DNA of 53,262 nucleotides from Oscillospiraceae bacterium (GTDB taxonomy: Bacteria > Bacillota > Clostridia > Oscillospirales > Oscillospiraceae), in NCBI GenBank assembly GCA_016295615.1, contig JAEDKW010000001.1, positions 1 through 53,262 on the forward strand, read 5' to 3'. Made by a program: the position numbers and the translations under genes. Position 1 is the first letter of the stretch. The number at the start of each line of letters is the position of its first letter. Shown piece after piece: positions 28,086 through 37,731 of this stretch. Under the pieces are notes generated by a model that saw only the letters and a list, made by a program, of their open reading frames with translations, was not told where the DNA came from and made no database searches.

Positions 28086-29204
28086 TCAGCGGGCGATCCG
28101 GCGGAGAGTCCGTGCAAACGCGTCGACCTCTTCGGCGCGGCTGTACGCAGAAAAGCTCAGGCGCACCGTCCCGTCCGGCAGCGTTCCCACCGTGCGGTGT
28201 GCGAACGGCGCGCAATGGAGTCCCGCGCGTACCGCAATACCGTGCCGGGCAAGCGCCTCACTGACGTCAAAGGAGCTTTTTCCCTTCACGCAGAAAGAAA
28301 GGACGCCTGTCTGAAGGGCGGGATCTTTTGCCCGCCAAAACGTGATATCGGGTATTTTTTCCAGATGCCGTACTGTTTTTTTCAGCAGGATCTGCTCGTG
28401 GCGCCGGATCCGGTCTATCCCGGTGCTTTTGATAAACTCCAGTCCCGCGTCCAGCCCTGCGATGCCGGATACGTTGTGCGTGCCTGCTTCGAGCCGGTCC
28501 GGCAGAAAGTCGGGCATCGCCTGCATCAAAGACTCGCTCCCCGTTCCGCCTTCGATCAGCGGTTCGACCTCATGGCTGCACAGCAGCAGCCCTGTCCCCT
28601 GGGGACCGTACAGCCCCTTGTGACCGGGCATGGCAATAAATGCCGCGTCGAGCTGCCGCATATCGAGAGGAAGGATGCCGGCGGACTGGGACGCGTCAAC
28701 GACCAGCGGCACATTCGCCTCGCGGCACAGTGCGGCGATCGCTTCGATCGGCAGAATATAGCCGAAAACATTGGATACATGCGTGCAGATAACGGTCTTC
28801 GCACCGCTTTCAATGGCGCGCGCAAAGCCCCTGACGATTTCCTCCTGATCAAACAGGGGGGCATCGGCTACGACAACCTCCGCGTCAAGCGCATGCAGGG
28901 GCCGCGTTACCGCGTTGTGCTCATAGCCGGAAACAGCCACTCTGCCGCCGGGCTCCACGAGCGTTTTGATCGCAATATTCAGCGCATGCGTTGCGTTCAT
29001 CGTAAATGCGACCTGCTCGGGTGAAGAAAGTCCGAACAGCTCAGACGCCAGTGAGCGGCAGTGAAACAGCATTTCTTCCGCGGCTTCCGCATGCGGATAG
29101 CTCCCCCTGCCGGGGGAGCTCATTGTCTGCATTGCATGAAGCACCGCTTTTCGCACGGTGGGCGGTTTTTGAAACGTGGTCGCGGCGGAGTCGAAATAGA
29201 TCAT
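28086..29204 (-). CDS. Class V PLP enzyme, cysteine desulfurase family (group II)
   Basis: YFDSAAT, EHNA, DASQ, PGHK, EAGT and RAGLHCAP motifs. Confidence 0.88.
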   Translation of the reverse strand: MIYFDSAATTFQKPPTVRKAVLHAMQTMSSPGRGSYPHAEAAEEMLFHCRSLASELFGLSSPEQVAFTMNATHALNIAIKTLVEPGGRVAVSGYEHNAVTRPLHALDAEVVVADAPLFDQEEIVRGFARAIESGAKTVICTHVSNVFGYILPIEAIAALCREANVPLVVDASQSAGILPLDMRQLDAAFIAMPGHKGLYGPQGTGLLLCSHEVEPLIEGGTGSESLMQAMPDFLPDRLEAGTHNVSGIAGLDAGLEFIKSTGIDRIRRHEQILLKKTVRHLEKIPDITFWRAKDPALQTGVLSFCVKGKSSFDVSEALARHGIAVRAGLHCAPFAHRTVGTLPDGTVRLSFSAYSRAEEVDAFARTLRRIAR

Positions 29205-29235
29205 GATTATCCCCCATTCTGTGCCGTGCAGTCAG

Positions 29236-29487
29236 CTACACGGCGACCTCTTGCCGCTTGCCGCCTGAAACGAAGAATACCTTAACAGGTCGCTTTCCGC
29301 TCTCTTTAAGCGCATCGAGCGCCTGCAAAAACCGCGTTTGCGAAATTTCCAGACTATATCCGCAGCCGCGCTCTGTCATATCGCTGCCGGCGCGGCGGAC
29401 CTTTGTATAGATGCCGGACTGCTCGAGTACTTTTGCCATCTCCTGCGCATGCGTGATGGATCTGGCAAGAAACAAATAGAAGCTCAT
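29236..29487 (-). CDS. DUF3343 family small protein (putative S/Se carrier)
   Basis: SITHA and GCGYSL motifs, 83 aa, RBS GGAGG. Confidence 0.7.
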   Translation of the reverse strand: MSFYLFLARSITHAQEMAKVLEQSGIYTKVRRAGSDMTERGCGYSLEISQTRFLQALDALKESGKRPVKVFFVSGGKRQEVAV

Positions 29488-29508
29488 GGTAGAATCCTCC
29501 TCTGCATT

Positions 29509-29535
29509 ATGATATGAGCCGGTCTTGTTATCGGT
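29509..29535 (-). promoter_or_regulatory. sigmaK-like promoter of DUF3343-desulfurase
   Basis: Minus strand AC-17-CATATCAT, downstream of the ispF terminator. Confidence 0.5.
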
Positions 29536-29555
29536 TCCGCCGTCGAAAAGCGCAG

Positions 29556-29584
29556 AAAAAGAGCGCCCGTTTGGAGCGCTCTTC
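29556..29584 (-). terminator. Terminator after ispF
   Basis: Minus strand AAGAGCGCT-CCAAAC-GGGCGCTCTTTTT. Confidence 0.7.
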
Positions 29585-29594
29585 GTCTTTTGAT

Positions 29595-30080
29595 TTATCT
29601 GATTTTCTCCAGCAGAGCGACTGCATGCGCCGCCATGCCAAGCTTTTCGCCTGTAAAGCCAAGTCCCTCCTCCGTCGTCGCTTTCACGCTGACCTGAGCG
29701 ATGCTGATCCCAAGCGTCTGCGCGATATTGCTCCGCATCTGCTCACGGTACGGCGCGATCTTCGGCGCCTGCGCCAGGAGAGTTGCGTCCAGGTTCACCA
29801 CAGCATAGCCCTCGCTTTTGAGCGCTTTCCCGACGCGGAACAAAAGCGTCATACTGGAGATGCCGCTCAGCTCCCCGGCAGTGTCCGGAAACAGCTGCCC
29901 GATATCCCCCAGCGCCGCTGCGCCAAGCAGAGCGTCCATCACCGCATGCACCAGCACGTCGGCATCGGAGTGACCCAAAAGGCCCTTTTCATAGGGAATC
30001 GTTACACCGCCGAGGATCAGCCGCCGGCCGTCTGAGAGGCGATGCACGTCATACCCGTGTCCGATTCTTAAATTCGTCAT
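29595..30080 (-). CDS. ispF: MEcDP synthase
   Basis: GYDVH, GHSDADV, GDIG and KATTEE motifs. Confidence 0.97.
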   Translation of the reverse strand: MTNLRIGHGYDVHRLSDGRRLILGGVTIPYEKGLLGHSDADVLVHAVMDALLGAAALGDIGQLFPDTAGELSGISSMTLLFRVGKALKSEGYAVVNLDATLLAQAPKIAPYREQMRSNIAQTLGISIAQVSVKATTEEGLGFTGEKLGMAAHAVALLEKIR

Positions 30081-30173
30081 GGCGTCTCCCTCCCGGCTGA
30101 AAAAAAGGATCGGCGATAACGCCGTTGCTCACCATGTGAGATGCAGCGTTGCACATGTTTTGAGTAAAAGCGC

Positions 30174-30902
30174 TCACGATCCCCGATGCTCCAAAATCGT
30201 TTCGGCGATGAAAATGTCTATCGGAGTGGTGATCTTGATATTTTCTTCGCTTCCTTCTGTCAAGTAAACTTCCTTGCCAATCCGCTCTACAGCAGAACAA
30301 TCGTCTGTCAACTGCACTCCGGCAGATAGCGCGGACTGCAGCGCCGCCTTCAAAAGTCCCGCGTCAAACACCTGTGGGGTCTGCACGGCAAAAAGCGTGG
30401 CGCGGTCCGGCGTTTCCCGTACGACGCCGTCTTTTGCCACCTTGATCGTGTCGCGGACAGGAATGGCGGGTGCTGCGGCAAAGCAGTCCTCCGCGGCGCG
30501 AACCGTCCGGTCGATCAGCTCCGGCGTGACAAGGGGACGGGCGCCGTCCTGCACGGCAAGCAGCTCGGCGTCCGGATTCGCCTCGAGCGCAGCGCGCAGC
30601 ACGGATTCCTCCCGTGTGCTTCCGCCGATGATGACCTTCACGGGCTTGGTGATCCCGTACACCTTGCAAAGCTCGGCATATGTCAGAAGGTCGCTTTCAC
30701 GCGCTGCAATGACGATCTCGTCGATCCGTTCCGCGCGGTCGATCGCAAGCAGAGTATGGACGATGACCGGCTTTTCGTCAAGCGGCAGCAGCAGCTTATT
30801 CTCGCAGCCCATGCGGGAAGAACGACCGGCGGCAGCGATCAAAGCGGCGCAGTACGGACGACTGCGTTCTGACTTTTTCAGAAACTTGTTCAGAATGCTC
30901 AT
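30174..30902 (-). CDS. ispD: MEP cytidylyltransferase
   Basis: AAGRSSRM, DGARP, VQTPQ, TDD and NIKITT motifs. Confidence 0.95.
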   Translation of the reverse strand: MSILNKFLKKSERSRPYCAALIAAAGRSSRMGCENKLLLPLDEKPVIVHTLLAIDRAERIDEIVIAARESDLLTYAELCKVYGITKPVKVIIGGSTREESVLRAALEANPDAELLAVQDGARPLVTPELIDRTVRAAEDCFAAAPAIPVRDTIKVAKDGVVRETPDRATLFAVQTPQVFDAGLLKAALQSALSAGVQLTDDCSAVERIGKEVYLTEGSEENIKITTPIDIFIAETILEHRGS

Positions 30903-31393
30903 GACGAGGTCTCCTTTGTCAGCATGGCGGTATTGATGCGTGCTTCCGCGTCGGAATACGCAACATCCTCAGCTAAAACGATCTCAGAGATCAGGATCTG
31001 CTTTGCATTATGAAGCATTTTGCGTTCCCCGTTGGAAAGACCGCGCTCGCTGTCCCGATGCATCAACGCCTTGATCACACCGGCAACCTCAAACAAATCA
31101 CCGCTTTTCAGCCGCTCCATATTTTCACGGTAGCGGTGGTTCCAGTTGGCAGTCATATCAATTCCGAGGCAAGGGATCTTTTTGATCACAGCCTCGATCG
31201 CCTCAGCATCGGAAATCGGACGGACCCCGATCATCTGCGCATTCGCAGTCGGGATCTTCAGCGTCAAACCGGAAATGGGCATTTTAAATACATAGAACTG
31301 GATCAGATTGCCGCTGACTTTTTCTTCCACAATATCTTCGATCATACCGGCGCCGTGCATCGGATGAACGATTTTATCCCCGATTTGAAACAA
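30899..31393 (-). CDS. carD: CarD family transcription factor
   Basis: FQIGDKIVHPMHGAG and WNHRYREN motifs. TTG start after GGAGGT. Confidence 0.9.
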   Translation of the reverse strand: MFQIGDKIVHPMHGAGMIEDIVEEKVSGNLIQFYVFKMPISGLTLKIPTANAQMIGVRPISDAEAIEAVIKKIPCLGIDMTANWNHRYRENMERLKSGDLFEVAGVIKALMHRDSERGLSNGERKMLHNAKQILISEIVLAEDVAYSDAEARINTAMLTKETSS

Positions 31394-31479
31394 TTTATGC
31401 CCACCTCCCTTCTGATAGAATGCATGGACACAATGCAATCATCTAAAATACACACACAAAGGCAATAATAGCCAATTCA

Positions 31480-31508
31480 AGTATAGCGTATTTTCCCCTT
31501 TTTTTCAA
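31480..31508 (-). promoter_or_regulatory. sigmaA promoter of carD-ispD
   Basis: Minus strand TTGAAA-17-TATACT. Confidence 0.7.
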
Positions 31509-31574
31509 GTATTTTTTCTGAAAATCAACTTCTCAAAAAGTCAGAAAAAATTGCTGATTTCCGCTGATTATAAC

Positions 31575-31611
31575 AAAAAAAGGACATTTCCTCTCGGAAA
31601 TGTCCTTTTTT
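31575..31611 (-). terminator. Terminator after CoA-transferase
   Basis: AAAAAAAGGACATTTCC-TCTC-GGAAATGTCCTTTTTT. Confidence 0.9.
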
Positions 31612-31623
31612 CTGATAAGCGGT

Positions 31624-32964
31624 TTACTTGTTGCTGCGGCGCCAAATATGCATTTTTTCCGCATCGGAAATCAGCTGTTCGCGGAAATCGGGATGCGCAA
31701 TGGAGATCAGCGCCTCGGCACGCTCCCAGGTCGAAAGTCCCTTCAGGTTGACCATGCCGTATTCGGTAACAATATAGTGCGTGCAGGAGCGCGGGTCGGT
31801 GCAGATGGAGCCGGGGGTAAGCGTGGGAACGATACGGCTCTTTACGCTGCCGTCTTTGCCGGTGACGGTGGAAGACATGCAGATAAAGCTCTTTCCGCCC
31901 TTGGAAAGATACGCGCCCAGCAGGAAATCGAGCTGACCGCCCGTGCCGGAGATGTGTTTGGTACCGGCGGACTCGGCATTGACCTGACCGAAGAGGTCGC
32001 AGTCGATGGCGTTGTTGATGGAAATGAAGTTGTCGATCTGGGAAATGATGTGAACATCATTGGTATAATCGACCGGAGCGCCCATGACGGCAGGGTTGCG
32101 GTCCATATAATCATAGAGCTTTTTGGAGCCGGCGGCAAAGGCGAAGACCTGGCGGCCCTTGTCAATGTTCTTATACCTGCCGGTGATCTTGCCCGCCATG
32201 GCCATGTCAACGAAACCGTCAACATACATTTCGGTGTGAACGGAAAGATCCTTCAGCTCAGACTGCGCGATCATGGAGCCGATGGTGTTGGGCATACCGC
32301 CGATACCGAGCTGGAGGCATGCGCCGTTGGGGATCTGAGGAACCACAAGATTGGCAACGGCACGGTCGACCTCGGTCGGCTCACCGCCGCCGCCAAGCTG
32401 CGCAACGGGAGGATTCTCCCCCTCAACGACCATATCAACGTCTTCGATATTGATCTCGCAGCCGGTAAGACCGCCGATCCAGGGCATATTCTCGTTGACT
32501 TCAACGATGACCGTCTTCGCGCGCTCCAGCATATCGGCAAGGTGGGAAGCTGCAAGCGCGTAGCTGAAATTGCCGTGCTTGTCCATGGGAGTGACCTGGA
32601 TCATGGCGACATCAACGCTGACATTGCCGTCGCGATAAAAGCGCGGAAGCTCGGAGTAACGCATGGGAGAAAAATAGCCCATGCCTTTGCCGATGATCTT
32701 GCGGTCAATGCCGCTGCAGTGCCAGGAATGCCAGGTAAAGTGCTCGCCGGCGTCCTCATCCGCACAGATCGCCGGCATCCACATGGTCACGCCGCCGCGA
32801 ACCTTGACGTCTTTCAGCTCATTTTTACGCCCGGCAAGCGCCTTATCGAGCGTGTACGGATGGTTCGTGCACCAGCCGTAATCGACCCAGTCGCCGGATT
32901 TGACGACCTTGACGGCTTCGGATGCGGAAGTCAGTTTTTTCTGATAAAGAGCTGCAAAATCCAT
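31624..32964 (-). CDS. but: Butyryl-CoA:acetate CoA-transferase
   Basis: [34 protein letters not shown] and SGTGGQLDF motifs, resembling the gut Clostridia But enzyme. Confidence 0.85.
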   Translation of the reverse strand: MDFAALYQKKLTSASEAVKVVKSGDWVDYGWCTNHPYTLDKALAGRKNELKDVKVRGGVTMWMPAICADEDAGEHFTWHSWHCSGIDRKIIGKGMGYFSPMRYSELPRFYRDGNVSVDVAMIQVTPMDKHGNFSYALAASHLADMLERAKTVIVEVNENMPWIGGLTGCEINIEDVDMVVEGENPPVAQLGGGGEPTEVDRAVANLVVPQIPNGACLQLGIGGMPNTIGSMIAQSELKDLSVHTEMYVDGFVDMAMAGKITGRYKNIDKGRQVFAFAAGSKKLYDYMDRNPAVMGAPVDYTNDVHIISQIDNFISINNAIDCDLFGQVNAESAGTKHISGTGGQLDFLLGAYLSKGGKSFICMSSTVTGKDGSVKSRIVPTLTPGSICTDPRSCTHYIVTEYGMVNLKGLSTWERAEALISIAHPDFREQLISDAEKMHIWRRSNK

Positions 32965-33045
32965 GGATACTGTTCCCCCTATGTAAAATGAAATGAAATG
33001 CGCATTTCGACCGTGCCGCGACAAAGTGCGGCATACAGTTCTGTC

Positions 33046-33073
33046 AGTATATCACAGAAAGCCCGACTTGCAA
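33046..33073 (-). promoter_or_regulatory. sigmaA promoter of but (extended -10)
   Basis: Minus strand TTGCAA-16-TATACT with TGn. Confidence 0.65.
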
Positions 33074-33095
33074 AGAGGATTTTCCCAAAAGGCAG

Positions 33096-33127
33096 GAAAA
33101 AGGACAGGCACAAGGCCTGTCCTTTTC
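33096..33127 (-). terminator. Terminator after ispH-rpsA
   Basis: AAAAGGACAGGC-5-GCCTGTCCTTTT. Confidence 0.85.
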
Positions 33128-33136
33128 AAAAACAGC

Positions 33137-35128
33137 TTATTCCTCGGTGGGAGCGGCTTCTTCCGCAGCTGCCGGAGCTTCTTCCGCGGTTTCTTCCGCG
33201 GCTTCTTCTGCAGCGGGAGCAAGCAGAGCGCGAATGCTCAGAGAGATCTTTTTCTTTTCTTCGTCGATCGCGGTGATCTTGGCGTCGACCATCTGTCCCT
33301 CAGAGAGGACGTCAGAAGGCTTGTCGATGCGGCGGTCGGCGATCTGGGAGATATGGATCAGACCGTCAACACCGGGGACCACTTCAGCGAAGGCACCGAA
33401 AGTCATGAGCTTAACGATGCGGACGTTGGCAACATCGCCGACGTGATAGGTAGCCATGAAAACATCCCAGGGATTCTGGGTCTTGTCCTTGACGCCGAGA
33501 CTGATCTTGCGCTTTTCAGCGTCGAAGGAAATGACATAGACATCGAGATGATCGCCAATGGCAACGATCTCAGAGGGATGCTTAATGCGGCTCCAGCTCA
33601 GCTCGGAAATATGAACCATACCGTCAACACCGCCGATGTCGACGAACACACCGTAGGAGGTCATGGACTTGACAACGCCGTCATAGTGCTTGCCCACTTC
33701 GATTTCCGCCCAAACGGCAGCCTGAGCAGCCTGACGGGCTTCGTTGGTGACGGACTTGATGGAACCGACAACGCGGCGGCGGGCACGGTTGACCTCAGTG
33801 ATGCGGAGCTGCACCTTCTGCTTGAGCAGCTGGCTCAGATCGGAATCCTTGGGCAGACCGCTCTGAGAAGCGGGAACGAACACACGAACGCCCTTAACGG
33901 AGACGACGATGCCGCCCTTGTTCTCCTCGGTGACGATGCCTTCGAGAACCGTTTTGTTCTCAACGGCGCTTTCAATGTCTTCCCAAAGCTTGACAGCGTC
34001 AAGGCGCTTTTTGGAAAGAGTGGCATAGCCTTCCACATCGTTGACGCGGACGACATAAGCTTCGATCTCATCGCCGACCTTGACGACATCCTCGGGCTTG
34101 ACGTCGGGGTCGTTGCTCAGCTCAGAAACAGGGATATAACCGGCCTGCTTGCAGCCCACGTCAACCTGAACTTCCGTTGCGCCGATCGCGGTAACGACGC
34201 AGGTCACCTTATCTCCTGTATTTAAAGTCTTAAAAGATTTTTCGAGCATTTCTTCGAAGGACTCGTTTCCTTCCATGGTCTTGATTTCTTCCGTCATTGT
34301 TGTTAATACCTCCATAATGATACTCGCAGGAGTGGAGGCGCCGGCCGTCAAACCCGCTGTACGGCATCCGGAAAAGAATTCCGGTGAGAGCTCGTCCGCA
34401 GTTTCGATCTGAAGGACTTTACTGCATCTCTCTCGACAGATTTCGGTTAAATGCCGTGTATTCGCGCTCTTTCGGTCGCCGACTATCACCATGGCGTCAA
34501 CCCTGGCGGCAATATCTGCCGCTTCCGACTGCCGCTTCTGCGTAGCGCTGCATATTGTATCATGAATTTTTAAATTTGTACACTCTTTTTTTAGAAAATT
34601 TACGCAGCTTTCCCAAACTGTACGAATACAGGTGGTCTGCGCCACTAAAATCATGGGCAAACCGGCACGATCCGGGTGGGTCTCAAAGTACCCGCGGACT
34701 TTTTCCGCATCTTCAAAAATCAGCGGCGCCGTACACCAGCCGGCGATCCCGATCACTTCGGGGTGATGGGCTTCTCCGATGATGACGACCTTTCGTCCCT
34801 CCTGCTCTGCCTGAGTGACAAGGCTTTGAATGCGGCACACATTGGGACACGTCGCATAAACGATATCAGCGCCACGCATTGTAAGCGCGTCCAGGGTTTC
34901 TTTGCTTTCTCCGTGCGCGCGAATGAGGACACGCTCCCCTCTCCCGGCTTCCTGCGCAGAGCTGATCTGACGCATGCCGGAGCGCTCCAGCTCCTCGATG
35001 ACGTGGGCGTTATGGACAATACTGCCGAGCATCGCGCCGCCGCCTTTTTCAGCGGTATCCTGCGCAATTCTGACAGCGCGCGCCACTCCGTAGCAAAACC
35101 CCGCTGTTTTTGCGAGAATCACCTGCAT
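33137..35128 (-). CDS. ispH: Bifunctional HMBPP reductase / ribosomal protein S1 fusion
   Basis: IspH Cys motifs GFCYGV, ATCP, TICSAT and TAGASTP, followed by four S1 repeats. Confidence 0.94.
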   Translation of the reverse strand: MQVILAKTAGFCYGVARAVRIAQDTAEKGGGAMLGSIVHNAHVIEELERSGMRQISSAQEAGRGERVLIRAHGESKETLDALTMRGADIVYATCPNVCRIQSLVTQAEQEGRKVVIIGEAHHPEVIGIAGWCTAPLIFEDAEKVRGYFETHPDRAGLPMILVAQTTCIRTVWESCVNFLKKECTNLKIHDTICSATQKRQSEAADIAARVDAMVIVGDRKSANTRHLTEICRERCSKVLQIETADELSPEFFSGCRTAGLTAGASTPASIIMEVLTTMTEEIKTMEGNESFEEMLEKSFKTLNTGDKVTCVVTAIGATEVQVDVGCKQAGYIPVSELSNDPDVKPEDVVKVGDEIEAYVVRVNDVEGYATLSKKRLDAVKLWEDIESAVENKTVLEGIVTEENKGGIVVSVKGVRVFVPASQSGLPKDSDLSQLLKQKVQLRITEVNRARRRVVGSIKSVTNEARQAAQAAVWAEIEVGKHYDGVVKSMTSYGVFVDIGGVDGMVHISELSWSRIKHPSEIVAIGDHLDVYVISFDAEKRKISLGVKDKTQNPWDVFMATYHVGDVANVRIVKLMTFGAFAEVVPGVDGLIHISQIADRRIDKPSDVLSEGQMVDAKITAIDEEKKKISLSIRALLAPAAEEAAEETAEEAPAAAEEAAPTEE
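34554..34601 (-). promoter_or_regulatory. Putative internal sigmaA promoter within the ispH moiety
   Basis: Minus strand AT-rich UP-like tract, TGTACA-17-TACAAT with TGn. An AT-rich island inside a GC-rich CDS. Confidence 0.55.
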
Positions 35129-35769
35129 AGAGGCTTTCCTCCCACTTCCTGCCCGCCGAGGGCATAGGTCATGCGCAGCATCTCGTCAGCGCACTGCTGC
35201 ATTTCTTCCGAGGTGCCGCGGCGACCGGAGAAGACGGGCTGATACGGCGGACCGAAAATGATGCGCGTCTTTTTGAAAAGCTTTTTCTCCTGTCCGGTGA
35301 ACACCGGGATCAGCGCTGCACCCGTGCGCACACCGATCATGACCGCACCGGGATGCGCGTGTGCCGGCAGACCGTCGTAATAGCCGATGCCGTCGTGGAT
35401 CGTCGTCCCCTCGGGGAAGATCATAAGATTGTCCTCCGCACGCAGCACCTGCATCGCCGTTTTGACCGCCTGGATGTCCGTTGTGTCACGGCGCACGGGA
35501 AATGCGCCAAGCTGACGCAGAAACCATCCGCTCAACGGCTTTTGAAACAGCTCCGCCTTTGCCATAAAATGTATCCTTTTCACGATTGGAAGCGGAAGAC
35601 AGCAGCCGATGAGCACAGGGTCGATATCACTGGAGTGATTCGGGCAGAGCAGAACCTTCCCGCCCGGCAGGTTTTCAAGACCCGAAACCTCCACACGGTA
35701 AAGGAGCTTTAAAATGACGCCGGCGGTATAGTACAGGATCGGAAAAATGGCTCTCATCAAAGGCTTCAT
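35119..35769 (-). CDS. plsC: 1-acyl-sn-glycerol-3-phosphate acyltransferase
   Basis: NHSSDID, FMAKAEL and FPEGT motifs. Confidence 0.92.
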   Translation of the reverse strand: MKPLMRAIFPILYYTAGVILKLLYRVEVSGLENLPGGKVLLCPNHSSDIDPVLIGCCLPLPIVKRIHFMAKAELFQKPLSGWFLRQLGAFPVRRDTTDIQAVKTAMQVLRAEDNLMIFPEGTTIHDGIGYYDGLPAHAHPGAVMIGVRTGAALIPVFTGQEKKLFKKTRIIFGPPYQPVFSGRRGTSEEMQQCADEMLRMTYALGGQEVGGKPLCR

Positions 35770-36449
35770 ACCCCGACACGCTCCCGAATAATTGATAGAA
35801 CGGCTTGCTTGCTTTGCTCAAAATCAAGCTCTGTCGTGTCCACGATCACGCTGTCCTCTGCCGGCTTGAGCGGGGCGATGGCGCGGTGCATATCGTTATC
35901 GTCACGCAGCCTTTGCTCCTCGAGAACCTCTTGGTAGGTTTTTCCCGCGCCGCGCGCGGCAAGCTCCAGAAAACGGCGCTTTGCGCGTTCTTCGGCAGAT
36001 GCCGTAAGGTAGATCTTGACCTCGGCGTCCGGCAAAACGACTGTGCCGATGTCGCGTCCGTCCATGATCACACAGTTCCTGCGCGCAAGCTCGCGCTGCA
36101 TTTCCAGCAGGAACGCCCGCACGGCGGGCAAAGCGGATACATCGGATGCGTAAAGCGAAATATTCGGCAGACGGATATCCGCCGTCACATCCTCTCCGTT
36201 TAAGAACATATGCTGCAGACCGTCGTCCTCATATTCCATCCGAATGCTCAGCTCCGGCAGGATCGCCGAAACCTCGGCTTCGTTTTTGGGGTCAAGCCCG
36301 CGTCTGAAGACCTCCAGTCCGATCGTGCGGTAGATCGCGCCGGTATCGACATAGATAATATTCAATTCCCTTGCAAGCGCCTTGGCAAGCGTGCTTTTTC
36401 CCGCGCCGGAAGGACCGTCAACTGCAATGGAATAATGCTCTTTCGCCAT
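35766..36449 (-). CDS. cmk: Cytidylate kinase
   Basis: DGPSGAGKST, DTGAIYR and MDGRDIGTVV motifs. Confidence 0.96.
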   Translation of the reverse strand: MAKEHYSIAVDGPSGAGKSTLAKALARELNIIYVDTGAIYRTIGLEVFRRGLDPKNEAEVSAILPELSIRMEYEDDGLQHMFLNGEDVTADIRLPNISLYASDVSALPAVRAFLLEMQRELARRNCVIMDGRDIGTVVLPDAEVKIYLTASAEERAKRRFLELAARGAGKTYQEVLEEQRLRDDNDMHRAIAPLKPAEDSVIVDTTELDFEQSKQAVLSIIRERVGV

Positions 36450-36492
36450 GATGTTTCTCCGTGTTTTTCTGTAAAGTAGTTCTGCTTTATTG

Positions 36493-37731
36493 TTACTGAC
36501 ATTCCTCTGCCGCTGCTTCGCCGGCTGCCCTTCCGGTCGACCATGCGATCTGAAGATTGAATCCGCCTGTATAGGCGTCCACATCAAGAACCTCACCGGC
36601 AAAGTATAGTCCGCTGATTTTTTTGGAACCCATTGTATGCGGGTCGATCTCCCCCACCTTCACGCCGCCGCAGGTGATGATCGCCTCCTCGACGGGACGA
36701 AGTCCCTTCACCGGGAGCTCGAACGCTTTGAGCGTTTGAAGGAGCCTGCGGCGCTGTTCCTTTGTAATGGAGTGGACCCTGGTTTCTCCGCTGATCCCCG
36801 TTTTCCTGAGCATGACCGGAATCATGCTGCGGTTTACAAGCCCGCCGAGCATTGTGGCGGCATTCTGATTCGCGCGCTCCTCAAAATCACGAAGCAGGCG
36901 TGCTTCAAGCTTTTGTTCGTCAAGCGCAGGCTTGAGATCGATCAGCATGCGGTAGGTATTTTTCTCCCAGTCGCGCATGTGCGCGCTTGCCGACAGCACC
37001 AGCGGACCGGAGACGCCGAAATGCGTGAAGATCATCTCACCGAGCTCGGAGAAAATGACCTTGTTCTTCTGATTTTTCACGGTCAGCGTGACATTTTTCA
37101 GGCTCAGACCCTGCATCTCGGCACAGCAGTCGTCTTCGATCTCGACGGGTACCAATGATGCGCACGGCGCAGCAATGCTGTGCCCGACGCTTTCTGCAAG
37201 ACGGTATCCGTCGCCGGTGGAGCCGGTAGCGGGATAGGACACGCCGCCGGTCGCGATGATCACGGCTTCTGCGCGATAGCTGCCCCTTTCCCCCACAGCG
37301 CCCCGAACGCGGTCTGCGTCTTTTATCAGCTCAACCGCGCGGTCGCGTACCCATTGCACATGAAGCCGCCGGAGTTCGCGTTCAAGCGCGCCGGTAATGT
37401 CGAACGAGCGGTCCGAGACCGGGAAGACGCGCTTGCCGCGCTCGACCTTCAGCGCAACGCCCAGCTCCTCAAAGAATGTCATGGTATCGTGCCCGTCCCA
37501 GCGGGAAAAGGCGCTGTATAAAAACCGGGCGTTTCGCGGAACGTGCGCGAGAAGCTCGTCGCAGGCGGAAGCGTTCGTGACGTTGCAGCGGCCCTTGCCG
37601 GTGATATTCACCTTTTTGCCGAGCCGTTCGTTCGACTCAAGCAGGGTAACGGCGGCTCCTTTGCGCGCCGCGCAAATCGCCGCCATCATGCCGGCGGCGC
37701 CGCCGCCGATCACCAGAACCGTTTTATTCAT
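36493..37731 (-). CDS. HI0933/YtfP-family flavoprotein (RdsA/BaiN-like)
   Basis: GGGAAG, TGKGRCNVTN, TGSTGDG, THFGVSGP and TGGFNLQ motifs. Confidence 0.88.
   Translation of the reverse strand: MNKTVLVIGGGAAGMMAAICAARKGAAVTLLESNERLGKKVNITGKGRCNVTNASACDELLAHVPRNARFLYSAFSRWDGHDTMTFFEELGVALKVERGKRVFPVSDRSFDITGALERELRRLHVQWVRDRAVELIKDADRVRGAVGERGSYRAEAVIIATGGVSYPATGSTGDGYRLAESVGHSIAAPCASLVPVEIEDDCCAEMQGLSLKNVTLTVKNQKNKVIFSELGEMIFTHFGVSGPLVLSASAHMRDWEKNTYRMLIDLKPALDEQKLEARLLRDFEERANQNAATMLGGLVNRSMIPVMLRKTGISGETRVHSITKEQRRRLLQTLKAFELPVKGLRPVEEAIITCGGVKVGEIDPHTMGSKKISGLYFAGEVLDVDAYTGGFNLQIAWSTGRAAGEAAAEECQ

Noticed and set aside
31512..31550. TTTTTTCTGA...TCAGAAAAAA inverted repeat upstream of the carD -35
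   Set aside because: Low-complexity arms and only a weak CodY resemblance, so there is too little support to call it.
33140..33215. Repeated gcttcttccgc units at the rpsA 3' end
   Set aside because: Ordinary Ala/Glu-rich C-terminal tail, not a CRISPR or mobile repeat.
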